A DNA stretch of 64,000 nucleotides from NCBI GenBank assembly GCA_000165425.1, contig CT868000.1, positions 178,173-242,172 on the forward strand, in the 5' to 3' direction. The notes beneath the pieces were generated by a model. That model saw only the letters and a program-made list of their open reading frames with translations, ran no database searches and was not told where the DNA came from. Within the stretch, counting starts at the first letter, position 1. Each line of letters begins with the position of its first letter. Shown here in pieces: positions 29,782-44,529 of this stretch. The position numbers and the translations under genes are program-made. This stretch comes from Paramecium tetraurelia. Lineage: Eukaryota.

Positions 29782-31310
29782 ATGTCTAAATTAGAACTTG
29801 AAAAAACCCTAGAGCTTTCAGATTTGACTCATGCATTTATTTATAAAGATTTGATTAGACCATCAATTGCTAATGCCTTTTGTTACACACTTCAGCAAAT
29901 GCCTGTTGCTTTCACCATTTATTTTTTGGAACAAACCTAAAATCAATTGCATGTTGCAACATTTGGAGTTGGAACTATTTTCTATTAAGCTTTCGGGTTC
30001 AGTGCTATGAATGGATTAGCTAGCGTATTAATTTAATTCAGCATAGGGTTTACAAGCTTTGGCTTCTTAGGCAATAGGTGCATAAAAATTTTAATTTTGT
30101 GGTAAATTGTATTATCAATCGATTTTCATTGCCTGTATTTTAATTATACCAATATCCATAATACTATATTCATCAGAAGACATAATGCTGTTTATGAAAA
30201 TGTATTGATATCTTAATTCTAGTGATTCAGAATTGGCTGAAGCAACTGGACTCCTAAATAAAGGCATGATCTCAGTCATATTACTTGAAGGCATATTTGC
30301 ATAGACCAAAGCCTTTCTAAATGCTTAGAACCTTTATCAGTATTATATGTGACATAAATTTAGCCTTTCCGTGTACACTCACTTTGCATCTTGCTTCTTA
30401 TCTCTGATATTTAATTACTTCTTTATTTCAATTTTAGAAATGCAACTAATGGGAGGTATTATTGCTAGAAATCTCCTTGAGCTCTCCAATAATTTGATTA
30501 TAATCTATCTCATAAAGGTATTAAATAAATGTAATTTCAAAGAAATTCGATTGTTGCAAACAAACACTAATCAAATTTGACTGGTCCTTATTAGATGGTA
30601 CATTCAAATTCTTCAAAACTGCCTTGCCAATCGGATGTATATTTTGGTATGAAAGCATTTGTTTTGAACTATTCTAAATCCAGGTGAACTATCTAGCCTC
30701 TTTGCTACTGAGCTTAAATGTCTTAATGTACACTGTAGCATTGATTGCTTATTAATTCAGTTATGGAATATCCATAGCTGCAACTACTTTTGCTGGAAAT
30801 GCAATGGGAGCAAAGTCAGTCAAACTGGCTAAGTAATACACTATTGGATCCTTTGTTTTATTTGGAGGATTTCAAATTTTATGTCTGGCATTAATTATTT
30901 GTTACCAACAAGAAATTGTTTAATTTTTGACTTCAGAAGTTGAAATGGAAGTACTATTCATAAAGTTTTTGCCTGTTTTACTAATCTAAATTGTGACTGA
31001 TGGGGTTTAAGCCTTAGTTTCCGGCATTGTAAAAGTTATAGGAAAAGAGCACTTTGCCTCTAAATCTATGATGTTTTGTTACATTGTTTTTGGATAACCA
31101 ACTGCTTACTTATTGACTTATGTTTGGGACTTTGAATTAGCAGGAGTTTGGTGGGGAATGATTGTTGCAGCTTCTACATATTCTTTATTATAAATATATA
31201 TTATGTTGAAAAGTGATTGGCATCATTTATCAAATGAAATCAATGATAAAATACATTCTATGGGTGCGCATCATGCTGACACAGAATTATAACTATTAGA
31301 AAAAGCTTGA
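29782..31310 (+). CDS. MATE-family efflux transporter
   Basis: Many TM segments; GLQALASQAIGA, GNAMGA, DGVQALVSGIVKVIGK and ELAGVWWGM motifs; tiny introns. Confidence 0.92.
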
Positions 31311-31730
31311 TATAATTAATATATATATATAATTATTATTTAATATGTCCACATAAATTGGTGGCTTACTTATTTTATATTAAACCTAACTTTTAATAAT
31401 AAAATTGCATGCTAAATGTCGTTCTTTTTAAAAGTATTATTTATCTATTTGCTATATGAATTTATTGAGGTTTTCATTATTATGTATTAAATTTTGAAAC
31501 ATTATTAATAAACTGCAAATAATTATAGAAATCAGACAAAAGCAGTTAGAAATTCTCTTAAATACAATAAGATATCATTTTAAAGATAAGCATTCTTTGC
31601 TCCAAATTGAAAATCAAACACAATAAATTGATTAATAACTTAGGTTAAATTAGATATTTAAATTGTGAATATTCTCAGGCAGTCTCAATTGCGATTTTAT
31701 ATTAAATTTATAATATTATTGTATTACACT

Positions 31731-32310
31731 ATGTAATAGCTGCATCCTAAATTTAGAGCCACATCTGTTCAAGAACAGGGAGAGCAAAGATCAAAATTCC
31801 CAAATATTTAGACTCCTACATTTGCTGATTGGAAAATCCCTAGTGATTCTAGAGCTCATCCAAAAATAAGCAGAAGAAACCCTTTATTCAAATTTGGGCT
31901 GATTCCACCTAAAAAAGCAACAACACCTTCTTCGTAAACTCATCACATAACTCATGATTTTCGTGGACTCAAATCTGAAGAGCAAAGTTAGAGGATTAAA
32001 GAAATTATTGTTGAAGATAGAGTGAGTACAACAGAAACAAATAATCTTCATTAATTTGAATCTGAAAAAAAATACTTTCAACTCAGAAACAGATCCATTA
32101 GTGGACCTAAACACTCAAATTAATTGGTAAGTGATTTTAATTATTAATCATTAGTTAATCGAATGTAAATAATTATTTGATAATTAGAAGAAGGCTTTTG
32201 AGGAAATATTAAAACAGAATAGTCTTTACAATAAGTATTCTAAAGTAATCGACAAAGAATAAAATGTAACAAATTAGAAAATAATGCAAATTTTTAACTT
32301 ATATAAATGA
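31731..32310 (+). CDS. Hypothetical protein
   Basis: Open frame from ATG 31731, one intron near 32127-32153, TGA 32308-32310. Confidence 0.65.
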
Positions 32311-32379
32311 TTATATATATAACTTAATTGTTAAGAAACAATTCAAACATTTATCAAATAGACTCATTATTTAAACAAC

Positions 32380-32816
32380 TCATTCCTTTTTTGAACTATC
32401 AATAATTTTTAATTTTGGCTTTAATTCATTCAAATACTTATCCTCCAATTCTTTTTAATACGGTGCCTTCGTGATAAATCTTCTATAGAGGGAGTATCCG
32501 TAAATAGCCACTCCTGGAATTCCGAATATCCCAGTTAATTAGCAATATCGTTAGAATTTTAATGATGCTCCCTTACTAGATTTGAATTCTTGCATCAGCC
32601 TTTACTTTTTGATATTAATCATTACCTATAAGCCATAAATGTTGAAGGCATTAACACAAATGCTGTACCTGCCTCAAGAAGGAAAGTGTATTTGTAATGA
32701 TTGAAATACTATTGTTCTTCAATAGTGAATTCTTTATTATCTTTTTTTCTTTGATACAAAAACTAGAATAAAGGGGATTCTGATTAATATTGATACTCCA
32801 ATAAAAAATCGTCCAT
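32380..32816 (-). CDS. Small two-TM hypothetical protein
   Basis: ATG 32816, one 26-nt intron, hydrophobic segments FLLEAGTAFVLMP and LTGIFGIPGVAIYGYSLY. Confidence 0.65.
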
Positions 32817-33214
32817 CTTATATCTCTAAATAAAAATAATTAAATAATCTAATTTTATAATTCCTATAATCAATCTAATTAATCGAATTAATCATAATTC
32901 AATGAAATACTAATATATCTCTTTTATGAAATATCACAAATACTAAGCAGTATCTTAGATCGTCCAAAATTGATGCATTAATAAGTTTATATCATTTATA
33001 TATCGATTCGACGTGTGTTATTGTTTATGATTGTTGTAATATATGAATAATGACATCATAAAATTAATATTCATTTGTATAGACTTAATTCATGCTTTAA
33101 TCTATGATGTATGAGGAAATTGATTGTTTTATAAATCATTGTTATCGCCAGATACTTGAAAAGAGGTGTTAATGTATAGATTATAAAATTTAAGTTATAA
33201 ATGTATATAATTAA

Positions 33215-33839
33215 TCAGTAGAGGCTTTGAGTGAACAAGCCTGGCTTTTAATATTCTAAGTCGATTGCCTTCCTCGATTTATTGTATTTACCGTAATATT
33301 CCATGCAAGTAAAAGTAAATCTTTTATTTAATATAAGGAGAGTACCTGATGCAATTTCCAAACTTAGCAGTTCGTAAATACTCTTTAGAGATTCCAGTTT
33401 TCGTGAGATCATCAGCATAGACGAAAATATCTGAACCATCTGAGTCCATCACTATGAATCCATAGTTTTTATTCTCATCAAAGAACTTCAAGAAGCCAGC
33501 ACTTCTATTTTTCTTTGGTTGATCAAGTGCTAAGTCCTGTAGGAGTTGCGTTACGCTGACTTAAGGGTCTTAAATAAAGCGATTGCATTCCTATATGATC
33601 TGATCACCATCAATATTGCTTTCCTCTATCAATTATTGTTTATACTAGAATATTAATGATTAATTCGATACTTAATTTCTTGGATAAGAAGAACTCTTCT
33701 TAATTAAGGGGGGTTTGTGCATTTGATCCAATTTGAAAGTGTCATAGTCAAGGTCATTTTCGCTAATGTTTGTTGAGAAATCCTTGTATTCAGATCTCGA
33801 GGGCGACAACTACAAATCAATCAACTTCACAGGGAACAT
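33215..33839 (-). CDS. Cold-shock domain nucleic-acid-binding protein
   Basis: GFLKFFDENKNYGFIVMDSDGSDIFVYADDL (RNP1/RNP2-like); two introns; TGA 33215-33217. Confidence 0.85.
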
Positions 33840-34549
33840 TAATAGACAAATAATTAAAATATTTATAAATAATTTTATTTTCTAAATCCTTGTACATATA
33901 TATATTGATATAATTATAAAAAAGATCTTTTCAATAGATCATCATCAATTTTAAGGAACAATATATCGAATGTTTTCGAAATCCATAAGTAAAGTAACTT
34001 TATAGTCATGATATATAAAAGAATCTTAAAAATTCATTTATTTTGCAGAAATCCTATCAAAGATTAACTATTAGCATATGAATTATAAACTGAGGTTCTA
34101 ACGATAGAATAATAGTTCTCTTATTGCACTAAATAAGCATAGATATTTTTTCTTTTTTCTTATACCTTTTTTATGATACACTTATTATTCTTAGTTAGTA
34201 GCCTACTTCTGTTTAAATCATCCTCTATAAGTGATTATAAAATTATATAAGTTTTACTCAGATTAATCTCATCTCAAAGGAACAAAAACTAAAAAATACA
34301 AATAGGGATGATAATAAAACAGTATTATTTTTATTTACTTAGATTATTGGTAGCCATAATTGTAAAATCTTTAAATTTAGTCATTTTGTTAATATTATAT
34401 CGCATAATGATAATAAGCAAAGTTATTATTAGTAATTTAGAATAAACATCAATTTAAGAAATTTAATAGCTATCAAATAATCAAAATTTAATAGAGTCGC
34501 CAATTCATTTTGAAGATTAACTTTAGGAATTTAATAAATTAAATAATAC

Positions 34550-35450
34550 TGAATTTAATGTGTAATGTTCTTATTTCTATAAATTATTTTAATTGATAGA
34601 TTTTATCCATTGTAATCCAATAGTATTTGTGGATGTTTAATGAAATTCATCATTAACAATATGCTTATCTAAGCTTCTTAATAAAGCTAATCTTAGGATA
34701 AAAGAAATAAAGATGTGCTTTTATATCAATAGTCTAAATTATATCAACATCCAATATAAGATTTAATTAATTGTCATATTGTTTGCTTTAAACTTTAATA
34801 AAAAGTATCTTTGAATAACTAATTTCTTTATTCTATTTATAACATTCTAAGACAAAATAGTGCAATCTCTTCAAGATCTGAATTAATTATTCATAAAAAA
34901 TTAAAAATTTATATTTTTGTGAAAATTCCTAGGTTATCAAATTTAGAAAATATAACTAGCTGTTCATGTAAAACATTCTATTGTTCTACAATTTTCATTT
35001 AATTTGATTGATTTATTTGCAAAATCTTGAATTAAAATTTTAATTCTTTGATAAATTTTCTTTCTCCAGATTTTCCTATCAATTTTGAAATTTCTTTTTT
35101 ATAATTCAGATTTCTTTTCTTCAACAATAGAATACCAACTTCGAATTGTTGCAATATATATTTGATATCTTTTATTATCAAACTGCTTAAACATTGAGTT
35201 GATATAGGATTCTTAATGGTTGAATAATCTGGGATTATTGAAAGGATTTAAATAAATAATGTTAGGGATCGAATTTGGCATGTTTGTTACTTATATCAAC
35301 TATATTGGATTTTAATAATAAAGGATGTAGAAATCATTAGAATAAGACAATAATGAGTTTTACAAATTTATTTGGTTAATGTCTATTTAAGAATTTCTGC
35401 TGATAAAGGAATTCATAAATTCAATTAGGCTCATGTTTGCAAGTAGTTTG
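34550..35450 (-). pseudogene. Degenerate coding relic
   Basis: Coding-like segments (e.g. MPNSIPNIIYLNPFNNPRLF) broken by several TGAs and frame changes. Boundaries approximate. Confidence 0.35.
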
Positions 35451-35494
35451 ACATAGATTGATAAATATTTATATATTTTAAATATATACCCAAT

Positions 35495-36660
35495 ATGCAA
35501 AACCAATTCCAATAGTTCCTCACTATTATGGCCTCAAGAGAAGAAGTTATCTTTATGATTCGAATCTTAACTCACTAAACTCTTGAAGATGGAAGAAATC
35601 TCAGGGAATATTAATATGAAATCATGAGAGGAGAGAGGAAAAGAGAAGAACTAGAAAATTAAGTGTATGAATAGTGTTTTATAGGGATTGATAGTTATGC
35701 GGCTATAGATGAATCTACGGACAGAAAAGCATTCCTTCCCAAAGTAGTGTAGAAGTTTAACAAACTACTAACCTATTATTCCAATAAAACAAAGGTAATC
35801 TACATTCAATTTATAAGATCTACTTCCCTAAATAAGGATAATAAATCGGATAGGAGAACATGAGTCAACCAAATCTAAGGAATGTTATAATGCGCATGTA
35901 ACATGAGAGCTTAGTTACCATCCTTAAATACTTAGCTAGCTAGTAGAAAATGAGAATGAAGCTAGAACTCAATCGGGCATAGTATATGGAAAAGTAATAT
36001 ATAAAAGGCTATGCATTATTCTAGAGAAGAGAGGTGTAATCGTAATGAGAAGTTCTTTTCCGAACCTCTGCTCACCGGAAACTTTGGTATGAATTACATC
36101 AACAAATTACATCAGAAATATTATTTCTTTGCATCATAACGCAATTGGAAGAATGTTTATGATGTTCTCATATTGGATGACAATACAAAATAGATGTACT
36201 TATAAGGAGCAGGTTAATTTGGATATTAATATAGGCTTCAAGAGTGTGATTGCCAGCATTAATAAATAAAAGAAGACTACTGATGCCCCTTAGGTATATA
36301 TCCCCATAGAAACAACTCAAGAAATCATTACTACCAGATATGAGAAGTTGCTCAAGGATCTCATGGATATGAATCATCATGTTTCAAAATCTATCATGAA
36401 ATACAATGAATTGCATCAACGCAGAAAAAAGAATAAGGAGTCATAAAATAGGATCAAAATAACTACAACCAGACACTCATAATAGGTTCAGATGCTTAAT
36501 TTAAGTGACTTTGGTAAATTTTCTGCTCCATCATCCAGATATAGTAGAACACGATAACTCAAAACACAGTTGTCATGCATGCAGTCACCATCTGAACCTC
36601 ACTTTAGATAACATGAGTTTCTTTTAAGTTTACGCCAACCTGTTAATTCAGGTCGTCTGA
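35495..36660 (+). CDS. Hypothetical protein
   Basis: ATG 35495, long open frames joined by tiny introns, TGA 36658-36660. Confidence 0.65.
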
Positions 36661-36685
36661 TTAATAAATACATTAATTAAAATTC

Positions 36686-37642
36686 ATGAAATACTTTAAG
36701 GAAGCTTCATTCTCATTAAAATAAAAGTTTGGTTACACTCCAGAAGAATAAGCTGTCAAACTCTTTGATCAAGCATATCATTACGAAAGCTCAATTCTCC
36801 CTATCAATCTTCTTGATCAGATAGCTGAATTAAGTTTTCAAATGTATATATAATTGAAATTATTTTTAGCGATCATTATCCTAAAATAATCAATTAAATA
36901 GTTCTGTAATTATCTACTACCGGAATCACTCCCAACGTTATTCTTAAAGTACCATATTTCTCCATTAATTTAATTAGACACTTATAATTACTGATTATCT
37001 ATTGAAATACGGATGTTCCGGTATTATAGATGATCTAAAGGTTAGGATATACATGTTTAGAAATTATCAAGAATTTAAAGTAGAATTCTAAGATCCTATT
37101 TATATAACATGTAACATTTTGTACTATTTAAAAGTACGGCAAAAAGCTGGAAACATCGCTAATTAGTTAACCAATAGAAAGCTTTTGTATAAGGAGAAAG
37201 AAATAGCTAAGTAAATGAAGATTAAGATATAAATCAATAAGCAAAAAACTTAATCATTAAGTCATTAAGATTATAAATAGACAACCACCACTCTTGATGA
37301 CATTCTGGAAAATTATATTTTTAAATACATGGATAAATTTAATGATAAATTGGAAGGATGGGGAGATCAAATAAACGATTAGTTAGATCAAATTATTGAT
37401 AATATCACAATAAATGCTGCTTATGAAAGAGATGAAAATGGGTATTACTTTCCAGAATCTTGCATGGATGAAATCACTATTACTAATAAACCGAATAAGA
37501 GTTAAGAATAGCCATAGAATGATCAATAAAATAAAAGTCATCAGACGAAAGATTTATGTAATATCATTTTAATAATGTAGTGGATTTTGAAAACGATAAT
37601 ATTGAGTAATAACAGAAGTAAGAGATTAATTTACTCGATTGA
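36686..37642 (+). CDS. ENTH-domain (epsin-like) protein
   Basis: LLDQIAELSF...ILKTLIITDYLLKYGCSGII...LRQKAGNIANQLTNRKLLYKEKEIAK matches ENTH helices. Ends EINLLD*, a clathrin-box-like tail. Confidence 0.8.
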
Positions 37643-38246
37643 TAATACTATTAAGTAATTTATAATATTGTTGATTTCTATTGTTGTGTTGAGTAGATTC
37701 GCAACACTAAGAAATATTTTAATAAATAATTTAATTATATTAATATGTAAATATAAAATTCTACAATTCTTTTTATTGCAAATCTAAAGTTACTTTTTTA
37801 AAAGGATTTTCAATGAAATATGAATTAAGAATAAATTTCAATTGTGTACTAAAATAACTATTTGCCGAAGCAATATATTCATACTGATAATATTATAAGG
37901 AGTGAGCAATTAAAAGAGCGTATCATATTAATTAATTATATTTAATTATTTTATATTCAAATGTTATAAAATGATTTGATAATTGAATCAATTTTTTCTT
38001 TTGAGTCACAACTTAGTTATCGTTTTCATACTTTAGAGTATTGAAATGAATAATCAGTGATGCTTCGTTTCTGAAATCCTTAGGTAATAACTAAAATATG
38101 AAGCAAATGATGCCCTGAGATGGTTTTATTGGTCGCTTGGGAATCAGATTGTTTGTAACCATTTGAAATTATTTGATTAAAGTTTCTGTTCTTATAATGT
38201 CATTTATAATATATATGATTTAAAGTATGTAAATTTATATGTTAAT

Positions 38247-38702
38247 TCAAATAAAACTTGATACTTGAGTCTTATCTGCATTTTAGACATTCTTCCAATT
38301 ATAGAATTCTAGAGAAAGTTCTAGAATTTAAGTATAGAATCGATTGAACTTATTAGCAATGTCTTCAACTAATAACTCTTCTCGAATTAACTCTTCAATC
38401 TCGAATGCTATTTTTTCCATATGCTCCACAATGATTCCAATTGTAATTTCAGGAATGGTAGTACTTTTTGATTTACTCAGAATGTTTTGAATTTGTTTCT
38501 TTAATTCTAGGATTTTATGTGTTCTTTCACAGTGAACTAACTTATTCAATTTTTTTTCGAGCTTCACCCACAATTATAATATCTTGGCCTGGAGATCAGG
38601 CAGTGTTGTGGGTTTTGGGTTGTAATTCTCGTTTTCAACTTTGATAAGACGAATGAGAGTTTTAGGTTGTTTTGTTATTGGTTTTGTTATACAAAGACCC
38701 AT
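38247..38702 (-). CDS. Hypothetical protein with an N-terminal MGLC (myristoylation/palmitoylation-type) motif
   Basis: Open frame from ATG 38702 to TGA 38247-38249, containing track ORF 38328-38573. The 3' end is uncertain. Confidence 0.6.
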
Positions 38703-38840
38703 AATATTTAGATATTTAAATAATATTACATAATCATTCTTTAATGAGTGACTTTTATTACGAGAAATTAAATCTTTTTATGTATTTTTTAATTATTAGA
38801 TTAAAAATATTCTTCATACAAAATTAAATGATAATTATGA

Positions 38841-40736
38841 TCATTGAGCTTTTTGCAATAAAACTGGTGAATTATGCTAAAGTTGAAATCCAAATTTATC
38901 AATCAGACTTTTATAATCAAACAGTTTGTTTCCATTGAATTCCTTAAAAATGAACTATCCCAAGCTTTCCTTCTGCCTCTCATCCAATTACACATTGCTA
39001 ACTTATAAAGCAGCCTTAAATTCACTTTCATAGCATAACTCACAATTTTGAGTGTTTGCTCTTTTGAATAGGATGCCCTTGATTTGTTCAACAATTAATT
39101 ATCTAAATTTCCAAATTTATTAGGCAATAGAATTAATAATTTGCTAATATTGTTCCTCATTTATCAATGTGTATTTCCCTATGACATTCTTCAGTACACT
39201 TTTGATTATGCATATGTTATTGACTTAAAAAGGTGTAAAATCAACAAATTACTATGAATTGTCCTCAATCAAGTAACGAGCCAATAATAATGCTTACTTA
39301 TCATCTTAAATATTAAAAGGATAGGCTTATAATATACCCACTAATTCTTCAATTGTAATTTCCTATTTCTAATCGAAAAATGTATTTAGGTCCTCCATCG
39401 CTATCTTTTCAGCCATTAATTAATATTTCAAAGATTTTCCAATATTTTCAACATCCTAAAAATTAACGCGAGGTAATTTTTAAATTGCAAATTCAATTTC
39501 TTACAAGTGCCTTTAACTCTAAACCTAAGATGTCTTTTGCTCCTCCACTACAGAATCTAGACTTCCACGATGTTGAATCACTTAAGATTTGTCTTTAATC
39601 TCATCCTCAACTACAATTTTAGAATGTGACCCTAGTTTAATAGAACGAATCATTTCATCTTCGGATATTATGATTTTATTTTTGTTAACTTTTTCATCTA
39701 AAATTTCTTAGGACACTTAAGGGACTTCCTTCTTATTAGTAAGCCATGATTTCTTCGACTCATATTAATCTTCCAATTCCTTAAATTAATGTTATTTCTA
39801 AGATACTAACATCCTCTACTTTTCTAAATCAATTTAAAATTGCATGATTTAAGTCTATTAGCTAGATAATTAATAATTTAGATTTTCTATGGTTTCTTTG
39901 TATTTATTTTTCTTTTAGATTTCTTATTCATGATCCTTTTTGAATTTAACAAACTCATTTGATACCTATTCATATTACTTCCTATATTTCTCCTTCAGTG
40001 CTTAACATGTCAATAGTTCTTGTCTTAGATTTAAAATTTTCTTCTTTTGCTTTTGATGTGAATAGGTGAATTGTCTCAATTATTCTTCTAATTGAATGGT
40101 TTGAACAGTTAATTTTTGAAATTTGTTTACCTCACTGTCAGTCTTTAAAATTTAGTTGAATTACTTGCTTAAAAACTCAAACTTTAACTTGGTTACACAG
40201 AGTTCAGTCTTGGAATATCAATAAAGCACAATACTTCCATCTCTTATAGCCGCATATAACGAGTATTCTTTTTCAAATTATCGATTTCAGTCTATTTCTC
40301 TTGCAGCAGTAACCTAGCCTATTTTAGTTTTTCAGCAAGTCTGGTGTTTTGAATGGTTATCGTAAAATCATCAGATCCATCCTGTGTAGTTCGTTTCTCA
40401 ATTTGTTCTTTCTATTATCAATAATAATTTGATTACCTCATCAAGTTTTATCTAAAAACATAATTATTGGTTTAAATGCTTTAGTTGATAATTCTCTTTT
40501 TTTAATTGCATAATTTCTTCTTTCAATTCTTCAGCATCCTTCTTGAGTGGAAACAGTGATCTGCCCGTAGCAAATTCATTGTTTGGAGAATCTTAATATT
40601 TATGTGTAAGTCTTCTCCTATGGAATTAAAATGTGCCCATATTTGTGTTGTCCTAATTCAATACTGGCAATCCGTTTGTCATAGATTAATTGAGGGAATA
40701 TGGAGCTCGTTAATTTTGGCGAGTACTTTGATTCAT
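38841..40736 (-). CDS. Coiled-coil protein (weakly IQCE-like)
   Basis: Long E/K/Q heptad region with LKKNTRYMRLQEME; tiny introns; TGA 38841-38843. Confidence 0.65.
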
Positions 40737-40894
40737 TATAAATTTATTATTTGTAACAATTTTGATCATAACTTATGAAATCAAAAAAAATAGATATCAA
40801 AGAGATGTTAAATCAATGATTAAGCATACTTTCTAATTTTTAGTAATCTATAATAATAACGAAAATGAGTTATTAAATTCTAATTCAAAATCTA

Positions 40895-43767
40895 TCAAAG
40901 CTCTTCAAGTTGAGAGAACACTTCTGAAATCATTTCGGTTCTAATTGGTTTTGAAAGGAAAGCATCAAATCCTAATTTTTCACACTTCTCCTATTAAGAT
41001 TCATCGTCAAATCCTGACAAAGCAATCAATTTTATATTATCGATTTCATTATTATTAATCTACATAGAATTAAATTGTTTACCATCTTTCGAATTGTTTC
41101 GGCTGCTTACCATCCATTTACGATAGGCATTTGCAAATCCATAAACACATACTTTATGTTTAAACTCCTCTGATACTGGCATAACTATATTCATAATTCA
41201 AAATTACTTTATTTATCGCTTATTATCCATTATAGGCTTCAATTATGTCTGCTTAAGGTATTAAATTTTATAGTAGCAGTTTAACAGCCATCACATTAAA
41301 TATTTGATCGTCCACAATTAGAATACTAAACTTCTTGCTTTGAATCAACTATTGAAGTATTTATTTAGGATCTTGCACATCCAAAGAATCTTATGATTGT
41401 AGACACTTTTAAATCTAAGATTTCTAAGATATCGACTAAAATCGCAGAATATTCTTTTATTTCGATTGGTCGCTATCCTCTATTGAAGGCTCATTCATCT
41501 CAGTCTCAGCCTTTTCCAAAGGTTTCGTGTATAATCTTAGATACGATGATCTGACAAATACAGATTATTAATAAGGTTTATCTTTTGCATTCGGAGAGTC
41601 TTCGTTATGGAAATTGCTCAAGTGTTGAGAACTGTTCTCCTATTTAAAACAACTAACGTAATTTGTGATTTTATAAGAAGAATCTTATAATTTAGCATAA
41701 ATCTAAAATGTCATTTTGGTTCCTACATTTACTTAGCTTTACAAATCTATTGTATCTGATGGCCCCAATAAACTTATTAGTTTTTTACACACCATTAGAC
41801 CTATCCCAGTGCCATTCTTATTTTCTATTTTTTAAGATGAGAAAGTAGCAAACAAGTTGAATAATTTTGGTTTGATCGAATCAGCAATTCCACAGCCTGT
41901 ATCCTCAATTGAGATTGTGTATACAAGTTTGTTGGAAGACACTGGAGGTTGTTTGCCTTAAAGAGACTTTCGAATCTGAGAAATTGATTAATTGCCATTT
42001 CCATAATTGATGTTTTTCGAGGAATTGCTCCTCTTTATGTGTTAAGATTTATCAGTATTTAAAGATTAAATAGTGATTGTTATACTACCTTTTTCAGTGA
42101 ATTTCAATGAATTAGACAAGATATTCATGATAACCTACTTGATCCTATTGGGATCCGAATACACTTGATAAGAGGGAATATCATAAAAGGTCTTAATTTC
42201 AACTCCTTTTTATTCAGCTGAAATCGCTATGGTCTCAATAACTTCATCTATCAATTCATTAATATAAAAATCGCTAATGCAGAGTCTGAGTTGATTCTTT
42301 TCTATTCTTGCATAATCCTATATATCATAAATCATGTATAACATAAGATAAACATTTGTTCTTATAATATTTAGAAGATATTTCTCCTATGCATTCAAAT
42401 TCTAATTGCCTTCCAAACTCTCCAAAATAGCCACGATTCCATTTATTGGAGTTTTGAAATCATGGAAAACAGTAGCAAGAATCATATCTTTATTTTCACA
42501 GATTTATTTTGACTCTGATAATTGTTACTATAATGCATTCATTGATTTTTCCGTCTCCTTGTTTTGAAATATCAACACGAAAGCTTGATTTTTATTCCAA
42601 AAACAGTGGTTAAAGAAGAGTTTCAATTTCTTCCTCTTCAATTCACTTACGCACACATTTCTTTAACATTGACTCTAAATCAAGAATTCTTCCATTATTT
42701 TAGACTTTTTATTCGTCGGGGTCTCTTCGCTTAACTACATTGGAGCTCTGCAAAACTGAAGGTATTTTGGAGTGTCAATCATTATTTCAGGAAAGTTTTA
42801 ATTCTAGAATTTTTGTTGCTCTTCGTTTTATTCCTCATTGTGAGCTGCACCTAATTCAAAGAACTTTTGAAACAAAGGACTCGTTGCTATATATTAGCAA
42901 TTGTCCATGACTTCTGAAAATATGGATCTGAAGCTGTTTTGGGGTTTGTATAAAAAGTCTTTAGAATTTTCGAATAGGGTTTAGAGTTTAATTTAGTTGT
43001 CTGAAGAAAAGTGATACAAACAATCCATAAATTCATTCGAATGGCTTTAATCGTATTTGTATTCATTTTCCAAAGCCTTGGTATGATAGAGAGATTTCCG
43101 AGAAAATTTATCTATCACCAACAAAGGCACTGGCAAGATCTCCTTGAGTAGCATTAAAAGGTCATTTTGGTCGTTTTATTCTTGGAACTACAATTATATT
43201 GATCATCTTACCAGAAAAATAGGAGAGAACGTAAATCCTAAATAGGATATTGGGTATTAATACTCATTGAATCTTATGATTGAATATATGAGCACTGTGA
43301 AATATATTAATTTCTAAAGTAACTATACTTGGAGAACTTAAGTCAAGGCCAAAAGTTTCAGTATGATGAATATGAAAATTCCCTTGATGTTAGAGCACTA
43401 TATATACCTTCTCCTCAGTGTTTATAGTCATTTCAACCTCCACTATCTAGATAATCAATTAAGTTAGAGCTAAGTAATAATCTCCTGTTGAACAAATAAA
43501 CTTTTATTTGTAGTCTAACAATAGAAAAATCAAGGAAAATATGATATCCACAATAACAAATAGTCCAGAATCCAATGCATTGATCAATTAAGTAAGTCCC
43601 AAAACTAAAAATACAATGGATGCAATCAGATTGCATATTGCGAATCTTTGCTGTAATCCAATTTTCATAGCCAAAGAATTGAATATAATTTAATAAAATA
43701 ATTTTTCATATGTTCCTCAACTTATACACAACAAGCCGATGAAACCCTATTCTAATTTGCTTTCCAT
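40895..43767 (-). CDS. Membrane hybrid histidine kinase (TM-HisKA-HATPase-REC); start at 43767 or 43668
   Basis: H-box TVSHDFKTPING, QVIMNILSNSLKFT, IEDTGCGI, GTGIGLMVCKKL, receiver ILIVDD...FMDLQMP...SKP. In-frame TGA at 43717-43719 lies upstream of the second ATG. Confidence 0.93.
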
Positions 43768-44529
43768 AATTTATTAACTTAATCACTTTTATATAAAAAT
43801 ACTCTGAAATAAATAATAAATGATGAGAATTCTGTAATCTTCTTTGCATAATTAAAATATTCTTTGACGCTTTACCAGTATTAAATTAATCTGCGCACAC
43901 TAAATTCTTTTATGTCAGCATTTTTATCTTATAGATCTTAATATCTGTGAGTGTATCATTTCTATCTGACAATTCGATTTAAAAAATCAATTCATTTTTT
44001 TCGAGACTATTCTCTATATTAAGAAACAATTAAGATAATTTGTATTAGAAATAATATAAATATTCTTTTGGTGCTGTAGACTTATTGTGTTTAAATTAAG
44101 AGTTTAAATTATAGAGAATATTACTAATATGAAATTCTCGAATTGTTAATAAATTTTAATATTATCACTTCCGCATCAACAATTTGAATAACATTTAACT
44201 ATTTTGATCAATAGTATCAACAGATAAATTTGAAGGATTAATACATATTAATCTGCTTATCTCGGAATTAGACTCATATCAAGTTAGAAGAGTTTTTCAT
44301 TGATTTATATTAATAATTTTTCAATAAAATAAGTAAAAGTTTTAAATATATATGTTTAATTGATCAATATATTTTTATTATAAACTTATACACTGAAAAT
44401 AATTGCATCAAAACAAAAGGTAAACTAAATGATACATAAGCGAAGATTAATTAAGATAATGGAATAAATATACTTTGAAGGTTGATGCAAAAGTACTAAT
44501 CTTTGTAGACTTATTAAAGTAGTTAATAA

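Noticed and set aside
30340..30363. In-frame TGA in the MATE gene
   Set aside because: It lies in a 24-nt GT..AG intron; stop-containing 3n introns are expected in Paramecium.
33100..33170. Possible C/D snoRNA or SECIS (ATGATGT...TTGA)
   Set aside because: The boxes are non-canonical, no guide target was identifiable, and no adjacent gene has a Sec-type TGA.
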